DNA of 64,000 nucleotides from a virus (Duplodnaviria; Caudoviricetes): IMG/VR virus record IMGVR_UViG_3300042288_001626; one strand, 5' to 3'. Shown piece by piece: positions 34,712 to 43,884 of this stretch (position 1 is its first letter; each line of letters starts with the position of its first letter). The notes under the pieces were generated by a model. It saw only the letters and a program-made list of their open reading frames with translations, ran no database searches and was not told where the DNA came from. The position numbers and the translations under genes were made by a program.

Positions 34712-35527
34712 CTATTTGGTCTGAGACTCAAACATTTGTTTTGCTACAACCAGCAACTGAGGGAGACAGCCGAGCTTTTCAATAACTGCCATATAGTTGC
34801 AGCCTTTTTTGGCTTTTTGAGCTAGATTGATTCTGGCCTCAAGCCCGAGACCATAATCTGACAGCTGCTTGCCGGAGGTTTCCAGAGCAGAGGCGATTTG
34901 TCTATCGAACTCCTCATACATGGCTGTATACATTCGCCCTTTAATACGACCAAATTCCACATCATCTGTGCGGTTTTCCTCTAGGGCTGTGACGATAGCA
35001 AAATTATCTACAAGAGAATTGATTCTTGTTCTTAGCACCTGCTCAGGAGAAGGAGCTGGCTTGGCTTCCTTAGGAGCATCCTGCCCAGGCTTACGAACAC
35101 TTGACGGGTCGATAGTAATTTTAGAAAGGTCGAACTCTTTAGGTTCAACTTTCTTGGTTTCTTTTGCTCTCAAATCTCCAAGTGTTTCAAAAGGAAACAG
35201 GTGCTGTTCTGCCTCTACCCTGCCCGGCTTTGCAGTGTTCCTGGATGCTCTTGCAGCGATTTTCTTATCCTTGCTTTCCATCTGCAGATTACGAGCATTC
35301 CTGAACTGTGTGATGGTCACAAGTCTCCTGTCCTGGCTGTTTGAACCGTCCGAAACGCGAGCGACAATAGGAGGAATTAGAAGGAAGTTTACAAACTTTC
35401 TTCCGAAGGCTGCGATCAGATCATGCAATACAAGATATTTTGATCCCCGGATTTCTACCGTACGGCAGCTGAATCCGTTAACTTTTGTATGTGATGCTCT
35501 ATAGATTACTTTTGATAGTGTATTCAT
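34712..35527 (-). CDS. putative DNA-binding/antirepressor-like protein (Bro-N-like start)
   Basis: VEIRGSKYLVLHDLIAAFG resembles Bro-N/KilA; weak. Confidence 0.4.
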   Translation of the reverse strand: MNTLSKVIYRASHTKVNGFSCRTVEIRGSKYLVLHDLIAAFGRKFVNFLLIPPIVARVSDGSNSQDRRLVTITQFRNARNLQMESKDKKIAARASRNTAKPGRVEAEQHLFPFETLGDLRAKETKKVEPKEFDLSKITIDPSSVRKPGQDAPKEAKPAPSPEQVLRTRINSLVDNFAIVTALEENRTDDVEFGRIKGRMYTAMYEEFDRQIASALETSGKQLSDYGLGLEARINLAQKAKKGCNYMAVIEKLGCLPQLLVVAKQMFESQTK

Positions 35528-35546
35528 GTTTTTGTTTTGTGTGTAG

Positions 35547-36272
35547 TTATCTGTGAATCGGAAAACGAACGTGTCTAATTTTCCCTGTTTTTAATTTTCT
35601 ATCTATACATACTCGGCATCTCGCACATGCTCCTAGCTGTTTTGTATTTTTTGTTTTGCCTGTAACCTCAGGACAATCAAGCACGGCACGATCGCTAATT
35701 TCCTCAGGCATGTTGTCTCCCATCCAAGCGATACCGAGGTTAGGATTGTCTTTATGTTCAGCGTAAGTCTTCAATACCTTATCCTTGTTTACAGGATCAC
35801 AACTTAGCATCAAAGTTAAATTCGCAGCCTCCAGCAAAACAGGTACAGCGAACAGACTTCTTGTATAGGCCCAGAACTTTACAGAAGGATACTTCAACAT
35901 TACATCTTTCCAGGCAGAGGCGTACGTTTTATTGAAAAAGTCTCCTCCTGTATGTATGCGGAAATAAGGATCTTTGTCTCCTCCAGTTAATAGCCATTTC
36001 GACACAGTATTATCTATCACACAAAACATTTCTTCTTTGGTCTTACCTAAAACCAAAGAAGTATTGAAGTCCTCTACAGCGGCATAGGCCTTGTACAGTT
36101 TACGCAGATTTTTATCATAGCAAACCTCGAGACATCCTTCAGGACCTTCAGTAGCCATAGGACAAGTGCCTCCCTCCTCGGGCGGACCTTGAGTCAGACT
36201 AAATGTGTTGTTGTGTTTTGGAGAGAATCTTACCTTGCTATTATTGGTTAATTTAAAGCTTTGATAGTGCAT
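35547..36272 (-). CDS. GP88-like (radical-SAM-related) Fe-S protein
   Basis: TCP...C...CY, FRIHTGGDFF...Y...W, FWAYTRS, LSCD, CP...CARCRVC; start moved to ATG 36272. Confidence 0.75.
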   Translation of the reverse strand: MHYQSFKLTNNSKVRFSPKHNNTFSLTQGPPEEGGTCPMATEGPEGCLEVCYDKNLRKLYKAYAAVEDFNTSLVLGKTKEEMFCVIDNTVSKWLLTGGDKDPYFRIHTGGDFFNKTYASAWKDVMLKYPSVKFWAYTRSLFAVPVLLEAANLTLMLSCDPVNKDKVLKTYAEHKDNPNLGIAWMGDNMPEEISDRAVLDCPEVTGKTKNTKQLGACARCRVCIDRKLKTGKIRHVRFPIHR

Positions 36273-36273
36273 A

Positions 36274-38988
36274 CTAATCTTTCCAATCCCAGCGTTCTTG
36301 TTCAAAGTTCCATTGGGTTTCTTTCTCAAATATCTTCGGACCTTTCCAGCGATCTGATATAACTATCTCGCAACCCACACTGTCTCCTGTGGCTAATCGT
36401 GTATGATCGCAAAAAACGTACTTCATCATCTCTTGAATATAATTGTCTTTTAATAGATCTTTGTGCACCGCCAAGTAAATGGCGTCATGTACCGTATTCA
36501 CAGGCAGCACATAGTTCATCCATAGATTTTCCTTTTTAAGGATAGCTTTGAGATTAACAGACGCATGCCACATAAAGTTAGCTAGCTCACTCGCTACAGG
36601 AAAAGCTAGAGCCTCGTTCTTCCAGCCAGCTAAGATACCAAAGTTGTCAGTTTCTTCATATGTCAAAACTTGTCCTCTGGCGTTGGTAATTCTCTTGAAT
36701 GATTCTACCTCGTTTGTGCACTGGTCTCTGTATAGCATATATCTTTCATACCTCTTCCAGGTAGTTAGCGCATACTCGATAGTTCCTAGAGAAACACTCA
36801 ATCCGTTCTCAGCATAGATGTCCGCTTGAATAGGTATAGCGGCTCCCATAAGTCCTGACGTATAGGAAACTCTGAACGTGATGCTCTTCGCAATAACATA
36901 TTTACTAACATCTTTTTTTGTTAGTGTCGCATCGTTGAAATACTCACGCATTTTCGTTTGGTGAAAATTACCTGCACGAATGTCGTGAATAAAGTCAGGG
37001 TCTTTAGACAGAAAGGCCATGATTGCCAGGTCTGCACCAGCAACGTCCAACTCCAGCCAGTGGTAGTTTTCCATACCTGTACAGAAAATATTCCTGATAT
37101 TTTTTGGAATAAGATGAGAAACCTTTTTCTGTTCGTCAGAATCAAACTTACTATATCCCGGAACAAAGATGTCTGGAATATAGGCCAAAACTTTTGAAGC
37201 AGGATTCTGTACATTAGGACTACTGCTTGCCCTAAAGTTTTTCAAGCACTCGAAGAAACTTGCATGAATTCTACCATCATTACAGATGGCTGCCCAGTAG
37301 CTCTGCTTTAACGGCTCATCTGTATCTTCGTCAAAGTCAGAATCGGCGTCAGCAGCAATGCCTTTCTTGCTCAAGAATTTTGTAGCAAATACCCCGACAC
37401 GGCTTACATTCAACAGAAGTGTGATTGCTTTATGTGCGGCCTCCAAAGTCTCAGGGTCTCGTTTATCTTCCGGAAGGAGCATATCGTTATTAAAGATAGC
37501 TTCTTCAAGTTGAAATTTAATAGTCGATAAACTTTTGCCGTTTGTTGAGGGCTCATACATCTTTTGAGTTTGAGGCTTTTGCTTATCGTACCAAGCCTTA
37601 CTCTTAGGACTCTTGCCTGATTTAGTGTAATAGGCAGGCTCAACCATCAAAGTCTTGTAGAGCAGATCTTTTTTCTGAGGAGCACTGTTTGGATTGAAAT
37701 CTTCTACTCCAAATCTTTCACTGAGGAAAGCTACAAGCTCTTGTTTTAACTCTTCATACTTTTCAGTATATTTCACCGTAATCTCTTCAAGAACCTGCTT
37801 ATCCACACCAATGCCAGTCATCTCCATATCTGTGAGATAGTGAGTTAGTGGTAAATAGATGTCGTAATAATAGCTGCGTAACTCTTTAGGGAACGCTTCC
37901 ATCATATTCAAGCAAGCCTCTCTGTGACTTACCGCATCACCAGCACAGTAGTGATAGTATATATCAGGCTCAAGAAACTTCATCTTAGCCATCTCACTCT
38001 TGGCTAGTTTATGTTCCTTCATCTTTCTATTCAAGGCAGTATAGTACGGCTCATAGTTGGTGAAGGCTTTGATGCCTGTCTCCAACCCTTTGGGCAGTCT
38101 GCTGTCGAAGAAAGCAACAGCCTTCATACCGTCGAAGGCTAGTGTTTCATCAGGAGGATGAATGCCTCTGTGTCTGAGTCGCAGATCGTCAACGCGGATA
38201 TTCCAGCCCATACGCCTTGCTTGAGGATGCTCAAGCATCAGCTTCATAGTATTCAGAAGCTCACGATTCTCAGTTACCCCGTCTTTGCTGATATTTAATA
38301 CTATCGCTATATCTTTTTCGCAAGAGTACTGAAAATCATACATAACCTCGTCGTCGGTGTATTTGTTGCCAAACCACTCGGCGTCATAACCTATATCAAA
38401 CATACCTTGGTTGATATATTTCTGCAGCATTTTTGTGTTCTCTGCAGGGTCGTCTATGACTAGGTACTGGTATCTGTCGTAATTGACATCGTTCGCCATA
38501 ACTTTCTTAGCGAACACAAAAACATCTCTGAACTCTGGGCGCTTGGTAGGATCCATAGCAACAATCATCCCAGGTGCGTAGTTAGCGACAACCTTCCCGT
38601 ACGGAGTATCTACAGTTTCTCCAAGATAGTCGCCCATCTTGATATTGGTGCGCATGATTCTTTTGAACGCTTCTGCACCCATAGGCATGATGAGCTTAGG
38701 CTTTATTTCTTCGATTTCAGCATCAAGCTCAGCTCGCCAATATTCTATATCTTCCGCAGTAGGTTTTGGTTTGCTGCCTATACCGTACTTTACTGTAGCG
38801 GTCATATACACTTTATCTAGGGGAATTCCCGCTAGTTCCAAGGCAGACAACACCTCGTCAGCACTCATACCTGCTTTACCGAAAGATTTAGCCTCCAAAT
38901 CGTCTTTGTTTGGATGACTAAATACAATCATCAATTCAGGCTTGCTGTCGTCTAGTCTGAACGGAGCTACTCTAATTTTTTCTGACAT
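36274..38988 (-). CDS. polA: family A DNA polymerase with N-terminal UDG-like domain and 3'-5' exonuclease
   Basis: KPKLIMPMGAEA UDG-like region; YDAE, WN..VD, YCAGDA exonuclease; RASSSPNVQN, motif A LDVAGAD, motif B AKSITF..SY, motif C VHDA. Confidence 0.9.
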   Translation of the reverse strand: MSEKIRVAPFRLDDSKPELMIVFSHPNKDDLEAKSFGKAGMSADEVLSALELAGIPLDKVYMTATVKYGIGSKPKPTAEDIEYWRAELDAEIEEIKPKLIMPMGAEAFKRIMRTNIKMGDYLGETVDTPYGKVVANYAPGMIVAMDPTKRPEFRDVFVFAKKVMANDVNYDRYQYLVIDDPAENTKMLQKYINQGMFDIGYDAEWFGNKYTDDEVMYDFQYSCEKDIAIVLNISKDGVTENRELLNTMKLMLEHPQARRMGWNIRVDDLRLRHRGIHPPDETLAFDGMKAVAFFDSRLPKGLETGIKAFTNYEPYYTALNRKMKEHKLAKSEMAKMKFLEPDIYYHYCAGDAVSHREACLNMMEAFPKELRSYYYDIYLPLTHYLTDMEMTGIGVDKQVLEEITVKYTEKYEELKQELVAFLSERFGVEDFNPNSAPQKKDLLYKTLMVEPAYYTKSGKSPKSKAWYDKQKPQTQKMYEPSTNGKSLSTIKFQLEEAIFNNDMLLPEDKRDPETLEAAHKAITLLLNVSRVGVFATKFLSKKGIAADADSDFDEDTDEPLKQSYWAAICNDGRIHASFFECLKNFRASSSPNVQNPASKVLAYIPDIFVPGYSKFDSDEQKKVSHLIPKNIRNIFCTGMENYHWLELDVAGADLAIMAFLSKDPDFIHDIRAGNFHQTKMREYFNDATLTKKDVSKYVIAKSITFRVSYTSGLMGAAIPIQADIYAENGLSVSLGTIEYALTTWKRYERYMLYRDQCTNEVESFKRITNARGQVLTYEETDNFGILAGWKNEALAFPVASELANFMWHASVNLKAILKKENLWMNYVLPVNTVHDAIYLAVHKDLLKDNYIQEMMKYVFCDHTRLATGDSVGCEIVISDRWKGPKIFEKETQWNFEQERWDWKD

Positions 38989-38990
38989 AA

Positions 38991-40418
38991 TTATTCTTTA
39001 CTATGAAACCCTGTTTTTGCTGAAGGCAACAGGCTGACTTTCTTTGGAGGAATATTTTTGAAGTTACTTCTCTGCTGACTGTTTTTCTTGTCCTTGTCTT
39101 CCTCCTTGATTCTGTCCTCTGCTGCTTTGTCGTGCTGTTCAAAATTCATGAACTCTAGCTCAGCAAAATAATCAAACTGGAAATTCTTAGCATGACGAGA
39201 CTTTAGACTGAATATACTGACGATAGAGTCTTGGGCACTATCACGTCCAATAGCCAACACCATATCAGCAGGCTTTAATATACCTTTGAATCCTGAGATT
39301 TCTGCATTCGTGAATTTCCTTGTCATCTTGCCGCCTGCCTGATGAAGCAGCCATACAGAGAAAGGATGCACTCCACCAATCAAATGATTGCTCAGATCGT
39401 CGACCTCAAAAGATACCTTCGCATACTTCTGCCACTCTGCATCATATTTTTCGTTGGTGGTCATGTAGTCCATCTGATCAATGTATACCAGATCAGGGTG
39501 GTACCCTTGTTCCTCATACAATCTATCCAGGTAGTTAGCTATAAATTTAGCTGTCAAGGGTGTCGCATCACGCAAGTCGTGTACCTTGATGTTGTCCTGT
39601 AACCCTTCTCTTGTACGACAATCCATGTACTGGAAAGAATCTTGCAAATCTCTCTGAATTATGGAATTTCCTTTGTGTAGATCGGTGTACGGTATTCTGA
39701 ACACATTACTATAGAGTCGACTACAAATATTTTGTGCAGGTTCCTCCAAAGATAGGTACAAAACTTTCTTTCTCATCTTAGCGTTTTGTATGGCTGAGTA
39801 GGTGGCTACTGCAGTTTTCCCGCTGCCTGAGTGTCCAAGGATGATTCCCATTTCCTGGTAATTTAAACCTCTGGAGGCTGTGTCTACAGCAGCAAAGCCT
39901 GTAAGCAAACTTTCCCTGTGTTCAACCAATACAAGCTCGGAGAAGGGGCTAAACTCTTTGATATGAGATTTACTATCTTTTATCTCAATATCTCCGAGTA
40001 GCTTGCTTGCAGCGCTTAGGAGTTCCTCAGGGCTATTCAACTTATCAAGCTTCATCACCTGATAGCGTCTTGCCTTTATGAACCCTGCAAGATTTTCACG
40101 AATATACTCAGCATTTGTAGGCTCTCCGCTGTATATGTTTTCCCAGAACGCTACCACATTAGGTTTGTCTGCATCCAGAACCCCGTGTGTCTTTAGCGCT
40201 GATTGTAGATGAGCCAGACACAGTTGACTGTTGATAGGGGCAACGCCTACAGCTAGTGCAGCAGATACAAAAGCACGGTAAATATTGATCGTACCAAAAT
40301 CCTCAGGTTTCACCTGAAGGTCTACAGCTTTCTGCATCACCTGCCTATCTAGAAACAGACAACGGATAACTAACTCTATATAATCTGCGTTATTGTAAAT
40401 ATCTGCATTATTACTCAT
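38991..40418 (-). CDS. dnaB: DnaB-like replicative helicase
   Basis: GHSGSGKT, SLEE, YIDQMD, LHQ, KSRH. Confidence 0.88.
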   Translation of the reverse strand: MSNNADIYNNADYIELVIRCLFLDRQVMQKAVDLQVKPEDFGTINIYRAFVSAALAVGVAPINSQLCLAHLQSALKTHGVLDADKPNVVAFWENIYSGEPTNAEYIRENLAGFIKARRYQVMKLDKLNSPEELLSAASKLLGDIEIKDSKSHIKEFSPFSELVLVEHRESLLTGFAAVDTASRGLNYQEMGIILGHSGSGKTAVATYSAIQNAKMRKKVLYLSLEEPAQNICSRLYSNVFRIPYTDLHKGNSIIQRDLQDSFQYMDCRTREGLQDNIKVHDLRDATPLTAKFIANYLDRLYEEQGYHPDLVYIDQMDYMTTNEKYDAEWQKYAKVSFEVDDLSNHLIGGVHPFSVWLLHQAGGKMTRKFTNAEISGFKGILKPADMVLAIGRDSAQDSIVSIFSLKSRHAKNFQFDYFAELEFMNFEQHDKAAEDRIKEEDKDKKNSQQRSNFKNIPPKKVSLLPSAKTGFHSKE

Positions 40419-41032
40419 ATTGAAAAGCGATCCAAATCAAGTCCGTTTTGAACAATAAAGTCCTTCAAAGCCTGGGTCATTTCTTTCCTGGCAATATGAC
40501 GATATTTTTCTATAATTTTCATATTGCGTTCTTCTGTGCTGAGAATTCTGAACCAGCCAAAGAACTTCAATGAGCTGTCGAGCATAAGCTCCTCGTATGT
40601 TTCATCAGGACGCAAAAGTCTACGAGCCAGGTTTTCTTGATGCTCCCATAAATCTCTATAATCTAGATTAGCGTTTGTTATTTCTACCACGTAGCTAGTC
40701 TCGCCTTGAGATTGCCAGGACTTCAAGAGAGCCTCAACTTTTTCTCCTCGGATATGCTCTGGAGTGAAGAATTGTACTTTAGGCTCCATCCTCTCGTACA
40801 TTTTTTGTATGTATGTGGATGGAGGCAGCTCATAGTCTGCACACAACACAGCAGCCTCTTTGAAGTAGTCGTCCCAGGTATTAGAGGGATTATACGTGTA
40901 ATTTTTTATCGTTAATCTTTTTTTCTCGCAGAAGTAATGCACCAGGTCTTCTACAATTGAAGGGTCTGCGAACTCTTTCCTTTGCGCTGCTTTTTTACGC
41001 TTAGCGACGTCTTTAGTTTGTTCCTCACTCAT
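40415..41032 (-). CDS. hypothetical protein between helicase and primase
   Basis: 205-aa coupled ORF; position suggests a helicase loader but this is unsupported. Confidence 0.55.
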   Translation of the reverse strand: MSEEQTKDVAKRKKAAQRKEFADPSIVEDLVHYFCEKKRLTIKNYTYNPSNTWDDYFKEAAVLCADYELPPSTYIQKMYERMEPKVQFFTPEHIRGEKVEALLKSWQSQGETSYVVEITNANLDYRDLWEHQENLARRLLRPDETYEELMLDSSLKFFGWFRILSTEERNMKIIEKYRHIARKEMTQALKDFIVQNGLDLDRFSI

Positions 41033-41955
41033 CTTAAGGATTTCTCATGTTCTTGTTTAATTATACTGAATAGCTGCTCACTAGTAGTATCGTCAGGGGA
41101 CTCAAACCCGTAATCTCTAAGGTCGATGTTCAGACACCGCCTGCCGTTGATAACGAACTCTCGTTGAATCTCTCTGGCAAGTGTTTGTGTATCATCTTCG
41201 CCGTCAAGGATTAGAGTTATATGTTTCCATTCCTGAATAAGCTGCTTTTGCTTTTCAGATATACCTTTACCCAAGGTAGCCACACTATTAGCAAGCTTCA
41301 AGGCTTTTTTGACTCCCTCGACAACTACCACAGACTCGTGCTGCTTGGCTCCGTGATAGTTGAACAGATGATCGCCCTTCGGAAACAGGTGCATATATCG
41401 CATGAACTGGAATCGGTCTCCGTTCCAGGTTCCAGGTATAAACCTAACCTGCCATCCAGCATACGACGAGTCTTTGGAGAAAATAGGGAAAAACAAGCTT
41501 CCGCTAGTGTTTACAGTAAATCCACTATCAAACTGTATGTTAATTCCTCCTCCTTCAGGTATGTAACGAACACCTAGAGAGTCATAATAGCTTAGGTTAT
41601 GCAGATGATCTTTACTTAAAAAGTCTAGTGCAGGGTGATTTGGAGGAGTCAAATCCTGAAGTAAATCTGCCTTAGAGTATGGAACAATTGTCGCATGAGG
41701 ATACTCAACCTCATACACATCTCCAACAGCTCTCTCGAACTCTACATTGTCTCCTAGCAGCTCTTTAATCGGTAGCGTCTGTTCGCAGATAAAGCATCGA
41801 CTGATGTCCCATCCTGGACTGACGTACCTTTTCATCTTCTTGCTGTGTGTAGGGTCGCAGGTCGGGCAGGGAATACGAAAACTCCCTCCCGACACTGGCT
41901 TGACCTTACCAAACTTATTCTTTAACAGTTCTAGAATCTTTTGATTCATTTTCAA
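41029..41955 (-). CDS. DNA primase (Zn finger + TOPRIM)
   Basis: CPTC...CFIC, GWQVR, LFNY, VVVEG, LGK, LDGED. Confidence 0.8.
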   Translation of the reverse strand: MKMNQKILELLKNKFGKVKPVSGGSFRIPCPTCDPTHSKKMKRYVSPGWDISRCFICEQTLPIKELLGDNVEFERAVGDVYEVEYPHATIVPYSKADLLQDLTPPNHPALDFLSKDHLHNLSYYDSLGVRYIPEGGGINIQFDSGFTVNTSGSLFFPIFSKDSSYAGWQVRFIPGTWNGDRFQFMRYMHLFPKGDHLFNYHGAKQHESVVVVEGVKKALKLANSVATLGKGISEKQKQLIQEWKHITLILDGEDDTQTLAREIQREFVINGRRCLNIDLRDYGFESPDDTTSEQLFSIIKQEHEKSLR

Positions 41956-42193
41956 TTAACTCTAGTAAACCTTCCCGGAACTTTCCGTCAGTAAGATAAT
42001 AGATATCATTGATTTCAGGCTCTGGATTACGTTTGTAGTCTGGATGGATTCGCCAAGAGTTACTGACAATCTGACCTAGGCGTAAATGAGGTCTTGCAAG
42101 CCAGTATTCTCGCAAATCTGCCAAGGTGCTCTCCACGTACTCTAGATTACGTGCAAACTCTTCTTTTTGTCGTTTTGTTTGTTCGTTACGCAT
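41915..42193 (-). CDS. conserved phage hypothetical protein
   Basis: W...P.LRLGQ.V pattern. Confidence 0.55.
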   Translation of the reverse strand: MRNEQTKRQKEEFARNLEYVESTLADLREYWLARPHLRLGQIVSNSWRIHPDYKRNPEPEINDIYYLTDGKFREGLLELIENESKDSRTVKE

Positions 42194-43654
42194 TTACTTT
42201 GTGTATTTTTGCCAATCTATTTGTTCAGGACTATCCACGACGTTCACTGTCCATCCTTGTTCCTCGTAGTACTTCATACGCTTTTTAGCCATACCTTCCA
42301 GTGTAGGGTCATGGTTGTCCATAAAGTCGACAAGCACAAAGTGCGTTTTTTCAGGGAGATTAAACTTTTCTCTCTGTTCTTTTGTGAGTATCCGACTACC
42401 TCTATATGCCTCTTGCAGCACTTCAACTTTACTGCTACCTCCAGAAGCCTGAATAACTACTCGACAGTTAGGAATATCTACACCTGCACGGAAAGCGTCG
42501 CTGGCTATAAGTATCTGAAACTCATTATTACTAAACTCTTGAATTGTTTTGTTTTGCTGTGATGAGCTCAACGCAAAAGATCCAACATTTTTCTTGCTAG
42601 ATTCTCTATGCAGATACTTTGTATCGTTTGGCATGTATTTGTACATGGGGATAAGATGATCTTTGACATGATCTATGAATATGATCGTCTGCCAAGAGGA
42701 AGGAACGAGAGAAGCTACCTTTCCTATAATCTCATTCCTCTTGTTGCATGTCTTGATCCCATACTTTAGTTTGCTCTCAAAGCTGTTGTAATTTTCAATA
42801 AACAAGTTTTCAGGCATTCTGACCATATATACCATGCCAGGAACAACGGCCCCTGCACCTTCAGCGTCCTCGTATGGAAAATAAATCAAATCTTCTCCGA
42901 ACAGTCCTTTGAGTAGTTTGTCGGTATTATTAAAAATACCTTCTGTAGTGGCACTGAACCCAAACATCCTGACAGGTTTCAGTGTCTTCAGCGCATTCTG
43001 GAATGTGTCTTGTCCGGCTGATTGCATCTCATCAACAAGCAGGAGCTGGCATTTCTCAAGAGCACAGTTTTGGAGAGAACGAAACGTGGTAATCGTTATG
43101 TCGGAACTGATATCATTTTTACCGTCTCCGACAATACCTATGTGTTTTTCTGGAAAAAACTCCTTAAACTTTTGGTATGTCTGAAGCACAACCTGCTTGA
43201 GAGGAATAGCAAGAATGGTGTTAAGTTTGTTCCAGGCAGCGTAAGTCACTGCCTGGATATGAGTCTTGCCAAAACCTCCCGTGGCGTTAATTACTCCACT
43301 CTCTTCTGCTCCCTTAAACAGGAGGTCTATAACAGGTTGTTGCTGATAATCTCTAAGCTTGATTTTTTTAACAGCCTTCCAGTCCGGATCAGGCATAGGA
43401 GTACGAAGGTCTTCGTGCTCCACTACGTCCATATTTTTATTTATCAGCCCTACAATATCGTGATAGAAACCAGGTAGGGTATATATTGACCCGTCGCTAT
43501 CAGAGGCGTAAAGCAACTTCTCTACAAAAACACATTCTCTTCGATACTGAATGCTTCGCATCTCTCTATGATGGTACCGCAGAAACTTACTGAGGTAAAT
43601 AGGACAAGGGTTTACCTTGATGCCTCCATCAAACCTGGTTACTGTTATTTTCAT
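42194..43654 (-). CDS. superfamily II helicase (UvsW-like)
   Basis: LRDYQ, ATGGFGKT, VDEMQ, SAT, GVDIP, Q...R..R, VDFMD. Confidence 0.85.
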   Translation of the reverse strand: MKITVTRFDGGIKVNPCPIYLSKFLRYHHREMRSIQYRRECVFVEKLLYASDSDGSIYTLPGFYHDIVGLINKNMDVVEHEDLRTPMPDPDWKAVKKIKLRDYQQQPVIDLLFKGAEESGVINATGGFGKTHIQAVTYAAWNKLNTILAIPLKQVVLQTYQKFKEFFPEKHIGIVGDGKNDISSDITITTFRSLQNCALEKCQLLLVDEMQSAGQDTFQNALKTLKPVRMFGFSATTEGIFNNTDKLLKGLFGEDLIYFPYEDAEGAGAVVPGMVYMVRMPENLFIENYNSFESKLKYGIKTCNKRNEIIGKVASLVPSSWQTIIFIDHVKDHLIPMYKYMPNDTKYLHRESSKKNVGSFALSSSQQNKTIQEFSNNEFQILIASDAFRAGVDIPNCRVVIQASGGSSKVEVLQEAYRGSRILTKEQREKFNLPEKTHFVLVDFMDNHDPTLEGMAKKRMKYYEEQGWTVNVVDSPEQIDWQKYTK

Positions 43655-43869
43655 TTTAAGTTAGCCTGTCTTTTGTTCCTTTTGCGTCCGTGTCTGTTTC
43701 CTTGCAATTGCCCTGCACTATTTCTAGGCATTTGATCGCTGATGACTCTGGACATAGCAGACTGAGCTAAATCTGCTAAACGTCCAGCGTTATTTGTTAG
43801 CCCAAAATATATAGCTGCTCCGGCCAACAAACCTGGAATGATAGCGTTGTTTTTATTTTCGTCTCCCAT
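43651..43869 (-). CDS. small membrane protein
   Basis: One TM helix, basic tail. Confidence 0.45.
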   Translation of the reverse strand: MGDENKNNAIIPGLLAGAAIYFGLTNNAGRLADLAQSAMSRVISDQMPRNSAGQLQGNRHGRKRNKRQANLK

Positions 43870-43884
43870 AGTTAGTGTATTTTG

